From: Balanoglossus misakiensis
Taxonomy: Eukaryota > Animalia > Hemichordata
Reading direction: 5' to 3'
NCBI GenBank assembly: GCA_040954595.2
Contig: CM082592.2
Span: forward strand, 682,001 to 746,000
Length of the DNA: 64,000 nucleotides
The position numbers were made by a program, and so were the translations under genes. Below are positions 39,201-51,536 of the stretch, one piece after another. Under the pieces are notes generated by a model, which was not told the origin of the DNA, searched no databases, and saw nothing but the letters and a program-made list of their open reading frames with translations. How positions within the stretch are numbered: position 1 is the first letter of the stretch; each line of letters starts with the position of its first letter.

Positions 39201-42200
39201 AGCAGAAACACGCGTACAGAGACCACGTTAATCAAGTCTGATCTCCTACGGCTTGGCTCGACTAAAACCCTGGCACACTATGACAGACACTAGCGTTCGT
39301 TAGCAACGTTGATCAAGTCAGATTTCCTACGGCATGGCTTGGCTAAAGCCCTGGCACTCTAGAGCAGAAACACGCGTACAGAGACCACGTTGATCTACTC
39401 ACATTTCCTTCGGCCTGGCACGGCTGATGCCCCGGCACTATATATAGGACACAGACTGGCGTAAGTTAACAACGGTAATCACGTCGGGTTTCCTACGGCC
39501 TGGCTCAGCTGAAGCCCCGGCACTCTAGAGCAGAAACAGGCGTACATTGACCACGTTGATCAAGTCAGATTTCCTACGGCGTGACTCGGCTGGTGCACCG
39601 GCTCTATATGACACAGACTGGCGTAAGTTATCAACGGTGATTACGTCGGATTTCCTACGGCCTGGTTTAGCTGAAGCCCCGGCACTTTAGAGCGGAAACA
39701 CGCGTACATTGACCACGATGATCAAGTCAGATCTCCTACGGCCTGGCTCGACTAAAACCCCGGCACACCATGACAGACACTAGCGTTCGTTAGCAACGGT
39801 GATCAAGTCGGATTTCCTTCGGCCTGGCTCTGCAAAAGACCCGACACTCTAGTACAAAGACGTTGGCTAAGTCGGGCAAACCGAAGAGGGAAAGTCACAG
39901 CGGGTCAAAACTCGACATTTGTTCCGGTAGGACTGCATTATTGCCTGTCAATTTATAGAGAAAGCCCGAATTTAACCAGGGCGTTTCAAACACCGACGTT
40001 AGTTGGGGGCACGGCCTGCAGTACTGCCGGGTAAGCTGACATCGGCGTACCGCATATAATGTAGGGGGGGGGGGGACAGAACGGTTCAATACTACATTTA
40101 TTAGATATCAGCTAATTTTGGACAATCATCTAAAATCTAAATCATTTTTTCATATTTGGATATCTGATGATGTATGAAATTTCCATTACATGTAAAAATG
40201 GTGCTGATTATAAAAAATGCATTCTGATTTAATACAAAATTGCGTTTTATTCGTTTTTACACCAAAAAGGTCATTTTTAGGCAAAACATTCTTTATTTTT
40301 TTAATTCGGTGACCTGATCATATATAAACAATTGCTTGTATGTTAAAAGTTTGATGACTTTTAAAAGCAGTGACACTGGCGGCATTCAACACGAAAATAA
40401 CAATTTTAGCCACAATTTGGTCAAAATGGTAAATTTTTGAAAATTACAAAAAAATACCTTTTTCTACATTTTCGGAAATCTGATGGAGTATAGAATGCTC
40501 TTCGTATGTATATATCGATACAAATTCCACAAAAGACCGTCTAATTTGGCTCACTGTAGACAAAATGCGTTTTACCAAATTTTCCTTGAAAATGTCATTT
40601 TTAGAAGAAAAAAAAATAAAAAAACCTTTGTTCTTCGAATTTGGTGCCCTGATCATATATGACATGTTGATTGTATGTTAAAACTTTCGACCACTCCAAA
40701 AATGCAGATATATTGACGGAATTCAAGAAAAAATAGCCATTTTGGCCATATTTTGACTAAAATGGTAAATTTTTAAAAAATCTTAAAAAAATAACTCTTT
40801 TCTTCATTTTCCGAAATATTATGGAGCATGAAGTGTCGTTCTCTTGTAAGAAGTGCAGCAAATTCCAGAAAAGGCGGTATAATTTGAATCACCCAAGACA
40901 AAATTACCATTTTTGACTTTTTTTCGAAAAATTGTCTTTTTTACAAAATAAATAAGAATAAATTCTTTTCTTAGTTTCAAACGGGTAGAGATACTTTCCA
41001 CAAGGGTTTTCTAACATTGAATTCCCGTTCATCAACTCAGATTTCCTACAGCATAAGTCGGCTAAAACCCTGACACTCTAGAGCAGAAACAGTTGCACAC
41101 TGGTAACGTTGAACAAGTCGATTTTTCTATGGCCTGGCTCGGCTAAATCTACGTCACAATATGACAGACACTAGCGTACGTTAGCAACGGTGATCAAGTC
41201 AGATTTTCTACGGCATGGCTTGGATAAAGCCCCGGCACTCTAGAGCAGAAACACGCGTACAGAGACCACGTTGATCAAGTCTGATCTCCTACGGCTTGGC
41301 TCGACTAAAACCCCGGCACACTATGACAGACACTAGCGTTCGTTAGCAACGTTGATCAAGTCAGATTTTCTACGGCATGGCTTGGCTAAAGCCCTGGCAC
41401 TCTAGAGCAGAAACACGCGTACAGAGACCACGTTGATCTACTCACATTTCCTTCGGCCTGGCACGGCTGATGCCCCGGCACTATATATATGACACAGACT
41501 GGCGTAAGTTAACAACGGTAATCACGTCGGGTTTCCTACGGCCTGGCTCAGCTGAAGCCCCGGCACTCTAGAGCAGAAACAGGCGTACATTGACCACGTT
41601 GATCAAGTCAGATTTCCTACGGCGTGACTCGGCTGGTGCACCGGCTCTATATGACACAGACTGGCGTAAGTTATCAACGGTGATTACGTCGGATTTCCTA
41701 CGGCCTGGTTTACCTGAAGCCCCGGTACTTTAGAGCGGAAACACGCGTACATTGACCACGATGATCAAGTCAGATCTCCTACGGCCTGGCTCGACTAAAA
41801 CCCCGGCACACCATGATATACACTAGCGTTCGTTAGCAACGGTGATCAAGTCGGATTTCCTTCGGCCTGGCTCTGCAAAAGACCCGACACTATAGTACAA
41901 AGACGTTGGCTAAGTCGGGCAAACCGAAGAGGGAAAGTCACAGCGGTTTAACACTTGACATTTGTTCGGGTAGGACTGCATTATTGCCTGTCAATTTATA
42001 GAGAAAGCCCGAATTTAACCAGGGCGTTTCAAACACCGACGTTAGTTGGGGGCACGGCCTGCAGTACTGCCGGGTAAGCTGACATCAGCGTACCGCATAT
42101 AATGTAGGGGGGGGGGGGGGAACAGAACGGTTAAATACTACATTTATCAGATATCAGCTAATTTTGGACAATCATCTAAAATGTAAATCATCTTTTCATA

Positions 42201-43721
42201 TTTGGATATCTGATGATGTATGAAATTTCCAATATATGTAAAAATGGTGCTGATTATAAAAAATGCACTCTGAATGAGCTGATTTAATACAAAATTGCGT
42301 TTTATTCGTTTTTGCACCAAAAAGGTCATTTTTAGGCAAAACATTCTTTATTTTTTAATTCGGTGACCTGATCATATATAAGCAATTGCTTGCATGTTAA
42401 AAGTTTTTATGACTTTTAAAAGCAGTGACACTGGCGGCATTCAACACGAAAATAGCAATTTTAACCACAATTTGGTCAAAATGGTAAATTTTTGAAAATT
42501 ACAAAAAATACCTGTTTTCTACATTTTCGGAAATCTGATGGAGTATAGAATGCTCTTCGTATATATATATCGATACAAATTCCACAAAAGACCGTCTAAT
42601 TTGGCTCACTGCAGACAAAATTGCGTTTTACCAAATTTTCCTTGAAAATGTCATTTTTAGAAAAATAAAATAAAAAAACCTTCGTTCTTCGAATTTGGTG
42701 CCCTGATCATATATGATATGTTGATTGTATGTTAAAACTTTCGACCACTCCAAAAATGCAGAGATATTGACGGAATTCAAGAAAAAATAGCCATTTTGGC
42801 CATATTTTGACAAAATGGTACATTTTTAAACAATCATAAAAAATAAACTCTTTTCTTCATTTTCGGAAATATTATGGAGCATGAAGTGTCGTTCTCTTGT
42901 AAAAAGTGCTGCAAATTCCAGAAAATGTGGTATAATTTGAATCACCCAAGACAAAATTACCATTTTCGACTTGTTTTCGAAAAATTGTCTTTTTTACAAA
43001 ATAAATAAGAATAAATTCTTTTCTTAGTTTCAAACGGGTAGAGATACTTTCCACACGGGTTTTCTAACATTGAATTCCCGTTCATCAACTCAGATTTCCT
43101 ACAGCATAAGTCGGCTAAAACCCTGACACTCTAGAGCAGAAACAGTTGCACACTGGTAACGTTGAACAAGTCGATTTTTCTACGACCTGGCTCGGCTAAA
43201 TCTCCGTCACAATATGACAGACACTAGCGTACGTTAGCAACGGTGATCAAGTCAGATTTTCTACGGCATGGCTTGGATAAAGCCCCGGCACTCTAGAGCA
43301 AAAACACGCGTACAGAGACCACGTTGATCAATTCTGATCTCCTACGGCTTGGCTCGACTAAAACCCCGGCACACTATGACAGACACTAGCGTTCGTTAGC
43401 AACTTTGATCAAGTCAGATTTCCTACGGCATGGCTTAGCTAAAGCCCTGGCACTCTAGAGCAGAAACACGCGTACAGAGACCACGTTGATCTTCTCACAT
43501 TTCCTTCGGCCTGGCACGGCTGATGCCCCGGCACTATATATAGGACACAGACTGGCGTAAGTTAACAACGGTAATCACGGCGGGTTTCCTACGGCTTGGC
43601 TCAGCTGAAGCCCCGGCATTCTAGAGCAGAAACAGGCGTACATTGACCACGTTGATCAAGTCAGATTTCCTACGGCGTGACTCGGCTGGTGCACCGGCTC
43701 TATATGACACAGACTGGCGTA
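24262..43721 (-). repeat. 2.05-kb satellite array, reverse orientation (~9.6 copies)
   Basis: Poly-G tracts at ~25948, 27991, 30037, 32081, 34122, 36013, 38017, 40064, 42107. Confidence 0.97.
43710..43721. repeat. 12-bp target-site duplication CAGACTGGCGTA (partner at 48741-48752)
   Basis: The same 12-mer lies on both sides of the LINE, and removing the element plus one copy restores the satellite sequence. Confidence 0.92.
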
Positions 43722-43801
43722 TTTTTTTTTTCTTTATCTTTTATTAAAAAAACTTTCAGTGTTACATTAACATATCAAAAAAAAAGAAACCAACCGAAAA
43801 C

Positions 43802-46800
43802 TCACATCATAGATATAATAGCTTCAAAAATTCTTGCACTTTCTGAATTATTGCATATTTCCTTGTATACCTTGTATTTCAATATGAATTCGTATTTTAC
43901 CAGCACCATTAAAGGTGCTCTGGTTTCACTTAGCCAGTATTTATGTATACTCCATTTGCAAACTAAAATCAATAAATTTACAATATTTTCTTCAGATTTC
44001 GAAAGCATAACACTTCTAATGCAATTGAAAATTATATGAGCGCTTTGTAAAACAAAATCTTTACAAAAAAGTTGCCGAATTATGCGCTCGATTTTTGCCC
44101 AAAGTGATGTGGCTATAGTACAACGCACGTACTTGTGCTCAAGAGACTCTGGTATCTTACAAAGTTCACAATCCACACTGCTGCTCTTATTCCAATAAAA
44201 CAAATACTTATTACATGGCAACAACCTGTGTAAAAGTTTCCATTGAAATTCCCGCAACTTTGTTTCCTTAGTTATTGCGTGTATGTTCTTCCAGACCGTT
44301 TCACTTTCTTTTGTAGTCTGGTTTGGTACCTCCAGTAATGTGTACCATTTGTTAAGTTTATCCACTTTTGGACTCCTTTGTGGAATGTTCGCATAAATGG
44401 CTTTACACGTAACGTTATTGATGGAAATCCAGTGTTTTCCATCCCAAATACCGTATTTACAATTTTTCAAGGATTTGTAGAAAAAGTGAAACTTGCTACA
44501 CCATTTCAAAATTACATTTCTGTTTCCTTTGATGTTTTCACTTGCACTGTACCACGCATTTAAAACCTTGACGTAAAATTCAGGGATCGCAGACTCTAAA
44601 GCCTTTGGTAGTGATTCCCAGAAAATGTTGTGCTGAATAAGATTACATGACTGAAGGTCATCCATTTGTAAATAATGCCATGGTATAGCAGACCAAGTGT
44701 TGCCTTTACACAAGACCAGTCTCTTGACCCATACTGCATAAAGAGAATCAATTTGCTTGTCTAAGTTGACACATCTGATGCCACCTTTGTCATAATCACT
44801 CTGAAGTATTACATTGCTTATACTTCGTTTTCTTCTTATAAAACCATCAATTAGCTTTCGAACAACACACTTAATGCCTTCAGGTATTCCAATCACTGAT
44901 GTCAAAAACAAAATCTGTGAAATTGCAAAAACCTTCGTAATCATCACTCTCCCATAAAACGTAAGCCTTCTCCTTTCCCACATTTGTAGCACCTTTTTCA
45001 GTTTATCAATCTTAGGCTCCCAGTTAAGTTTGTTACATTTCTCAGTGTCATAGCCAAAATAAACACCAAGCGTTTTGATGGGCTCATTTGTCCATTCAAC
45101 ATTTCCCATCTTCTTTTCACTATTTCTGTTTTTTCCAACCCACATTGCCTTCGTTTTCTTGTTGCTCATTTTTAAACCACCACACTGATGAAAATCATCC
45201 ATAACTTTAAAAACATTTTCTAATGACCGACCATCCCTTGTAAAAATAGTGGTGTCGTCGGCAAATAATGAAATCTTCGCTGTATTATTACCATATAAGG
45301 GGATCCCGTTGATCTCCCCGTGTTGTCTTATTTTACACGCAAGTACTTCGATCACAAGTAAAAACAATAAAGCCGAGAGGGAACATCCCTGTCGAACACC
45401 TCTATGTTATGAAAAGTATCCAGAGCACCATCCCTTATAAACAATACAACTAGAAATATTACTATATAAAACTTCAATCCAGCGTATAAAGCCTGGACCA
45501 AAATTCATCTTTTTAAGCACGCTATACAAAAATTTCCAATTTACACTGTCAAACGCTTTCTCATAATCTACAAAAAGGATCGCTCCTTCCAAACGCCGCT
45601 TTTTAGTGTAGTCTAGAACATCGGAGATCAGGCGAATGTTTTCTCCAATAAAACGGCCTTTCATATAGCCTGTCTGATCTCTATGGATAATTGTAGGTAA
45701 AACACATTTGAGTCTGTTTGATAATGCCTTAGTGGCAATTTTGTAGTCAATGTTTAAAAGCGACACAGGCCTCCAATTATTCAAGTCATTTTCATCTCCC
45801 TTTTTATACAACAATGTAATAATACCTCTTTTTTGTGTAGCAGAAAGTTCCCCTGACGACCAGGCTTCATTGAGAGATGAAGTGACAAATGTTTTTATTT
45901 CTGACCAAAAGAAAAGAAAAAATTCGACCGAAAGTCCATCACATCCCGGAGACTTGTTAGCTGCCATGGTCTTCAAAGCGCGCAAACATTCCCTTTCCGT
46001 TAAATTACCTTCGCACTGTTCACTTTGTAGAGCTGTTAGTCCTGGTAAACTGCTATTTTCCAAAAAATCGTCAATCGACTGATGGCAACATTTTCGCTGA
46101 TAGATCGTCTCGTAGAATTCTCTTTGTTCCCGCAGAATCTCGTCCGTTTTTGTCACACACTTTCCACTTCTGGTCACCAGCTCCTTAATTTCCTTTTTTC
46201 CTGCATTTCGCTTTTCTAATGATAAAAATACTTGGTATTCCTTTCTCCCTTTTCCACCCACGCTGCACGCGATCTTATCTGCGCACCTTCAGCGAGTATG
46301 TTGTAAATATTCTCAAGGCGTTGTTGTGTTTCACTGTATTTCCGTATATTTTCATCTGATGGATTCACCAGCATATTTCTTTCATCCGCTTTTAGCTGTT
46401 GCTCAAGCTTCGGCATTTCCTTATTGTGATCTTTTGTTCCATACCTTGTAAATTCCAATGCATATTCTTTAATTTCTTTCTTCATGATGTCCCATTTCAT
46501 CCGATTATTTTCGAATGTCTTCTCACCACACTCTCTGATTACAGATTTGACTCCGTTGACAAAGCCTTCATTTTTTAAAAGCCTATTGTTCAGTTTCCAT
46601 GTACCAGGCCCTCTACAATCTGAAGCGGTCTGCAATTCCACGTAAACAGCCATATGATCTGTGTGTACAGCAGGACGAATATCCGATTTTTTGACATTCT
46701 TGACGAGGTGCTTTGAGATAAAAACATAATCTAATCGGCTATGAGTCGGTGATGGGGCCAATCTTCGCCAAGTAAACTGCCGTTGCCCAGGGTGGAAATT

Positions 46801-47358
46801 CCTCCAAACATCAATAAGTTGAAACTGATTACAAAAACTACGTAAGACTCTTCTTGATCCATCATGTGATTGCCGTGATTTCACACTTGACGCTCTGTCC
46901 AAAGTGTCGTTGAGTGCACAATTGAAGTCGCCTGCTATAATAAGATTTTCGTAATAGCAGTGAGTGTCAACCAGGCCAGCTAGATCTTTCAAGAATTCCG
47001 TTCTTTGTTTCACGAGATTCGGGGCATAAACACTACAAATTGAAAGCTTAACACCTACAAGGCTACCGTTTATTATGCAAATTCTTCCGAAGTCGTCATT
47101 CCACACGGAATCAATGGTGAGGTCACATCTGCGCTCAATCAATATTGCCGTTCCTCTGCTATAATTGTCACCTTTCGAGAAGAATACTTTCCCTCCCCAT
47201 TCTTTCTCCCAAGTGTCAATGTCTGTTCCATTTCCATGCAACTCTTGTAAAATCGCGATACTCGTTTTTTGGAGTTTTAGCCAGCGATATATACAGTTCC
47301 TTTTCGTTTTGTCTTTGAAACCCCTGACATTCAGGGTAACTAACTTCAGCGCTGCCAT
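43802..47358 (-). pseudogene. LINE ORF2 (APE endonuclease, reverse transcriptase, C-terminal zinc finger) broken by two frameshifts
   Basis: APE: LVTLNVRG, ILQE, VYAPN, GDFN, SRLDY, TDH. RT: KSPGCDGL, NWRPVSLLNIDYKI, DYEKAFDSV, (R)QGCPLS, FADD. Zinc finger CELC...H...C. Frame breaks near 46220 and 45405. Confidence 0.9.
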
Positions 47359-48530
47359 CAGTAGCCTTTGATTCTGACTTGCTGCTGCTGCTTTCGTCTT
47401 CTTTTACGTTTTTTCTTATTTTCTTTGCTTTGGGTCAATGACAACAGTGGTGGCGATTCAGCAGACAATTCAGAGAAATTTTCTCTTGATGTGTCATAAC
47501 GCCGGTCATCGCCACCTTCAATATCCGTTACATCACCTTCACTGACACTAGTATCGTTTTGTCTATCGTCTCTGTTCTCTTTTAAGAACGCTAAAATTGA
47601 GCTTTGTGATTTAACGCTCGAGCTCGAGGGCTCAGGTGCTTTGTTTGCCAGACTTTGCGGTTTCTCAACACGGTCTTCGTCCCCCGTTTCACGCCTGGAT
47701 GTTCCTTGTAACGGTGTGCTGTCACTTTCTAGTCTCGATACCGCATCTGCAGGATTCGTAGACCTTTTCTGCATTGTGTATTTGGTGGACTGAGACGTTA
47801 ATTCTTCGTGTACCTGAGAAGTCATACAATTTCTTGCAATATGCCCCTCTCTTTTACAGAGTCTGCATTTGATTTGTCCAGTGCAATTGTACGCAGTATG
47901 TCCCTCCTCTAAGCATTTGCCGCATCGTGGCTGCGTCTCCGCTGTGGATTGTTTATAAATAATCTTCGCGTAAAATGCACCGATCTTAACCTGAGCTGGT
48001 AATGGTGTCTTTGGTTTTTCGATGAACACAGTTCGATCCCCATTAAGAATGTTTGTCAACTTGCCGTCTAACCTCCATTTCTGTCTGGATATATCTGTTT
48101 TGAGCTTACAGCCCAAACCAGTAAGTGTAGCGGCAATAGCATCATCATCGTGTGACAATGGTAGATCTTTTATCGTTAAACTTAACCAATCTTCATGAAA
48201 CTCTCTTCGGAAGGGATTTCGCCCCCACAGCTCTATCGACTTCCCGCGTAGTGTGAGTCCATGTTGTAACAAAATTGTCCGGTCTGCTTCGTCATTCATA
48301 TAAATACGCGACAGACCTCTTATCCGTTGCAACCCTTCCAAGCTGCCGATGGTGACAACTTCTGAAACGGCTGCTATAATTTCCTCACCTCTTAGCCATT
48401 GATTACTGTCCCTGGGAACTATGTCCGACTGCTTCAGAAAGACGGGTAGAACTCCTACTTCACCGTCTTTGTCTTGCAGGCGTTTGGTCGTCACCACCTG
48501 CGCATAACTGGCTTTGTCTCTGACGGCCAT
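47358..48530 (-). CDS. LINE ORF1 protein (390 aa), RNA-binding with two CCHC zinc knuckles and a basic C-terminus
   Basis: Intact ATG-to-TGA frame; SYAQVV N-terminal motif; CGKCLEEGHTAYNC and CRLCKREGHIARNC; KKKRKRRRK tail; lies directly upstream of ORF2. Confidence 0.88.
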   Translation of the reverse strand: MAVRDKASYAQVVTTKRLQDKDGEVGVLPVFLKQSDIVPRDSNQWLRGEEIIAAVSEVVTIGSLEGLQRIRGLSRIYMNDEADRTILLQHGLTLRGKSIELWGRNPFRREFHEDWLSLTIKDLPLSHDDDAIAATLTGLGCKLKTDISRQKWRLDGKLTNILNGDRTVFIEKPKTPLPAQVKIGAFYAKIIYKQSTAETQPRCGKCLEEGHTAYNCTGQIKCRLCKREGHIARNCMTSQVHEELTSQSTKYTMQKRSTNPADAVSRLESDSTPLQGTSRRETGDEDRVEKPQSLANKAPEPSSSSVKSQSSILAFLKENRDDRQNDTSVSEGDVTDIEGGDDRRYDTSRENFSELSAESPPLLSLTQSKENKKKRKRRRKQQQQVRIKGY

Positions 48531-48740
48531 GCTTGCTCGAGACCACGAAAACTAGCAAAATGTCTTTCTTCTGAGAATCAAAATGCTTCTTTGCTCTCGA
48601 GTTAGCTGCAAGTATCTATCCAAAAGCATATACCTTCAGTTTCGCCACAAAATTCACCGATTTCACGTGAAAAAACGATGAAAACTCTGAGCGTGCTAGA
48701 AATCTGCTTCCGTAGATGGCTGACTCTAGCGCCCTCCATC

Positions 48741-51536
48741 CAGACTGGCGTAAGTTATCAACGGTGATTACGTCGGATTTCCTACGGCCTACGCCCTGGT
48801 TTAGCTGAAGCCCCGGCACTTTAGAGCGGAAACACGCGTACATTGACCACGATGATCAAGTCAGATCTCCTACGGCCTGGCTCGACTAAAACCCCGGCAC
48901 ACCATGACAGACACTAGCGTTCGTTAGCAACGGTGATCAAGTCGGATTTCCTTCGGCCTGGCTCTGCAAAAGACCCGACACTCTAGTACAAAGACGTTGG
49001 CTAAGTCGGGCAAACCGAAGAGGGGAAGTCACAGCGGGTCAACACTCGACATTTGTTCGGGTAGGACTGCATTATTGCCTGTCAATTTATAGAGAAAGCC
49101 CGAATTTAACCAGGGCGTTTCAAACACCGACGTTAGTTGGGGGGGGGGGGGGGGCACGGCCTGCAGTACTGCCGGGTAAGCTGACATCGGCGTACCGCAT
49201 ATAATGTAGGGGGGGGGAACAGAACGGTTCAATACTACATTTATTAGATATCAGCTAATTTTGGACAATCATCTAAAATCTAAATCATTTTTTCATATTT
49301 GGATATCTGATGATGTATGAAATTTCTATTATATGTAAAGATGGTGCTGATTATAAAAAATGCACTCTGAATGAGCTGATTTAATACAAAATTGCGTTTT
49401 ATTCGTTTTTGCACCAAAAAGGTCATTTTTAGGCAAAACATTCTTTATTTTTTTTAATTCGGTGACCTGATCATAAACAAACAATTGCTTGTATGTTAAA
49501 AGTTTTTATGACTTTTAAAAGCAGTGACACTGGCGGCATTCAACACGAAAATAACAATTTTAACCACAATTTGGTCAAAATGGTAAATTTTTGAAAATTA
49601 CAAAAAATACCTGTTTTCTACATTTTTGGAAATCTGATGGAGTATAGAATCCTCTTCGTATATATATATCGATACAAATTCCACAAAAAAACGGCCAATT
49701 TGGCTCACCGCAGACAATTTTTTTTAATTCGGTGACCTGATCATATATAAACAATTGCTTGTATGTTAAAAGTTTTTATGACTTTTAAAAGCAGTGACAC
49801 TGGCGGCATTCAACACGAAAATAACAATTTTAGCCACAATTTGGTCAAAATTGTAAATTTTTGAAAATTACAAAAAATACCTGTTTTCTACATTTTCGGA
49901 AATCTGATGGAGTATAGAATGCTCTTCGTATGTATATATCGATACAAATTCCACAAAATACAGTCTAATTTGGCTCACTGCAGACAAAATTGCGTTTTAC
50001 CAAATTTTCCTTGAAAATGTCATTTTTAGAAAAAAATAAAAAACCTTTGTTCTTCGAATTTGGTGCCCTGATCATATATGACATGTTGATTGTATGTTAA
50101 AACTTTCGACCTCTCCAAAAATGCAGAGATATTGACGGAATTCAAGAAAAAATAGCCATTTTGGCCATATTTTGACAAAAATGGTAATTTTTTAAAAAAT
50201 CATAAAAAATTAACTCTTTTCTTCATTTTCGGAAATATTATGGAGCATGAAGTGTCGTTCTCTTGTAAAAAGTGCTGCAAATTGCAGAAAAGGTGGTATA
50301 ATTTGAATCACCCAAGACAAAATTACCATTTTCGACTTTTTTTCGAAAAATTGTCTTTTTTACAAAATAAATAAGAATAAATTCTTTTCTTAGTTTCAAA
50401 CGGGTAGAGATACTTTCCACACGGGTTTTCTAACATTGAATTCCCGTTCATCAACTCAGATTTCCTACAGCATAAGTCGGCTAAAACCCAGACACTCTAG
50501 AGCAGAAACAGTTGCACACTGGTAACGTTGAACAAGTCGATTTTTCTACGGCCTGGCTCGGCTAAATCTCCGTCACAATATGACAGACACTAGCGTACGT
50601 TAGCAACGGTGATCAAGTCAGATTTCCTACGGCCTGGTTTAGCTGAAGCCCCGGCACTTTAGAGCGGAAACACGCGTACATTGACCACGATGATCAAGTC
50701 AGATCTCCTACGGCCTGGCTCGACTAAAACCCCGGCACACCATGACAGACACTAGCGTTTGTTAGCAACGTTGATCAAGTCAGATTTCCTACGGCATGGC
50801 TTGGCTAAAGCCCTGGCACTCTAGAGCAGAAACACGCCTACAGAGACCACGTTGATCTACTCACATTTCCTTCGGCCTGGCAGGGCTGATGCCCCGGCAC
50901 TATATATAGGACACAGACTGGCGTAAGTTAACAACGGTAATCACGTTGGGTTTCCTACGGCCTGGCTCAACTGAAGCCCCGGCACTCTAGAGCAGAAACA
51001 GGCGTATATTGACCACGTTGATCAAGTCAGATTTCCTACGGCGTGACTCGGCTGGTGCACCGGCTCTATATGAGACAGACTGGCGTAAGTTATCAACGGT
51101 GATTACGTCGGATTTCCTACGGCCTGGTTTAGCTGAAGCCCCGGCACTTTAGAGCGGAAACACGCGTACATTGACCACGATGATCAAGTCAGATCTCCTA
51201 CGGCCTGGCTCGACTAAAACCCCGGCACACCATGACAGACACTAGCGTTCGTTAGCAACGGTGATCAAGTTGGATTTCCTTCGGCCTGGCTCTGCAAAAG
51301 ACCCGACACTCTAGTACAAAGACGTTGGCTAAGTCGGGCAAACCGAAGAGGGAAAGTCACAGCTGGTCAATACTCGACATTTGTTCGGGTAGGACTGCAT
51401 TATTGCCTGTCAATTTATTGAGAAAGCCCGAATTTAACCCGGGCGTTTCAAACACCGACGTTAGTTGGGGGCACGGCCTGCAGTACTGCCGGGTAAGCTG
51501 ACATCGGCGTACCGCATATAATGTAGGGGGGGGGGG
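48741..51536 (-). repeat. 2.05-kb satellite segment between the two LINEs (locally rearranged)
   Basis: Same monomer; poly-G at ~49209 and 51526; ~270-bp internal duplication near 49718. Confidence 0.95.
51518..51536. repeat. ~18-bp target-site duplication ATAATGTA-G10/11 (partner at 56584-56601)
   Basis: The same sequence precedes the element and follows its A tail; exact length is blurred by the A and G runs. Confidence 0.85.

Larger units (their letters stand above)
43722..48740 (-). mobile_element. L1/Tx1-like non-LTR retrotransposon, apparently full length (~5.0 kb), family A
   Basis: 210-bp 5' UTR, ORF1 with CCHC knuckles, ORF2 APE-RT-CCHC, short 3' UTR with AATAAA (43740-43745 minus) and A10 tail, 12-bp TSD. 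Confidence 0.93.
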
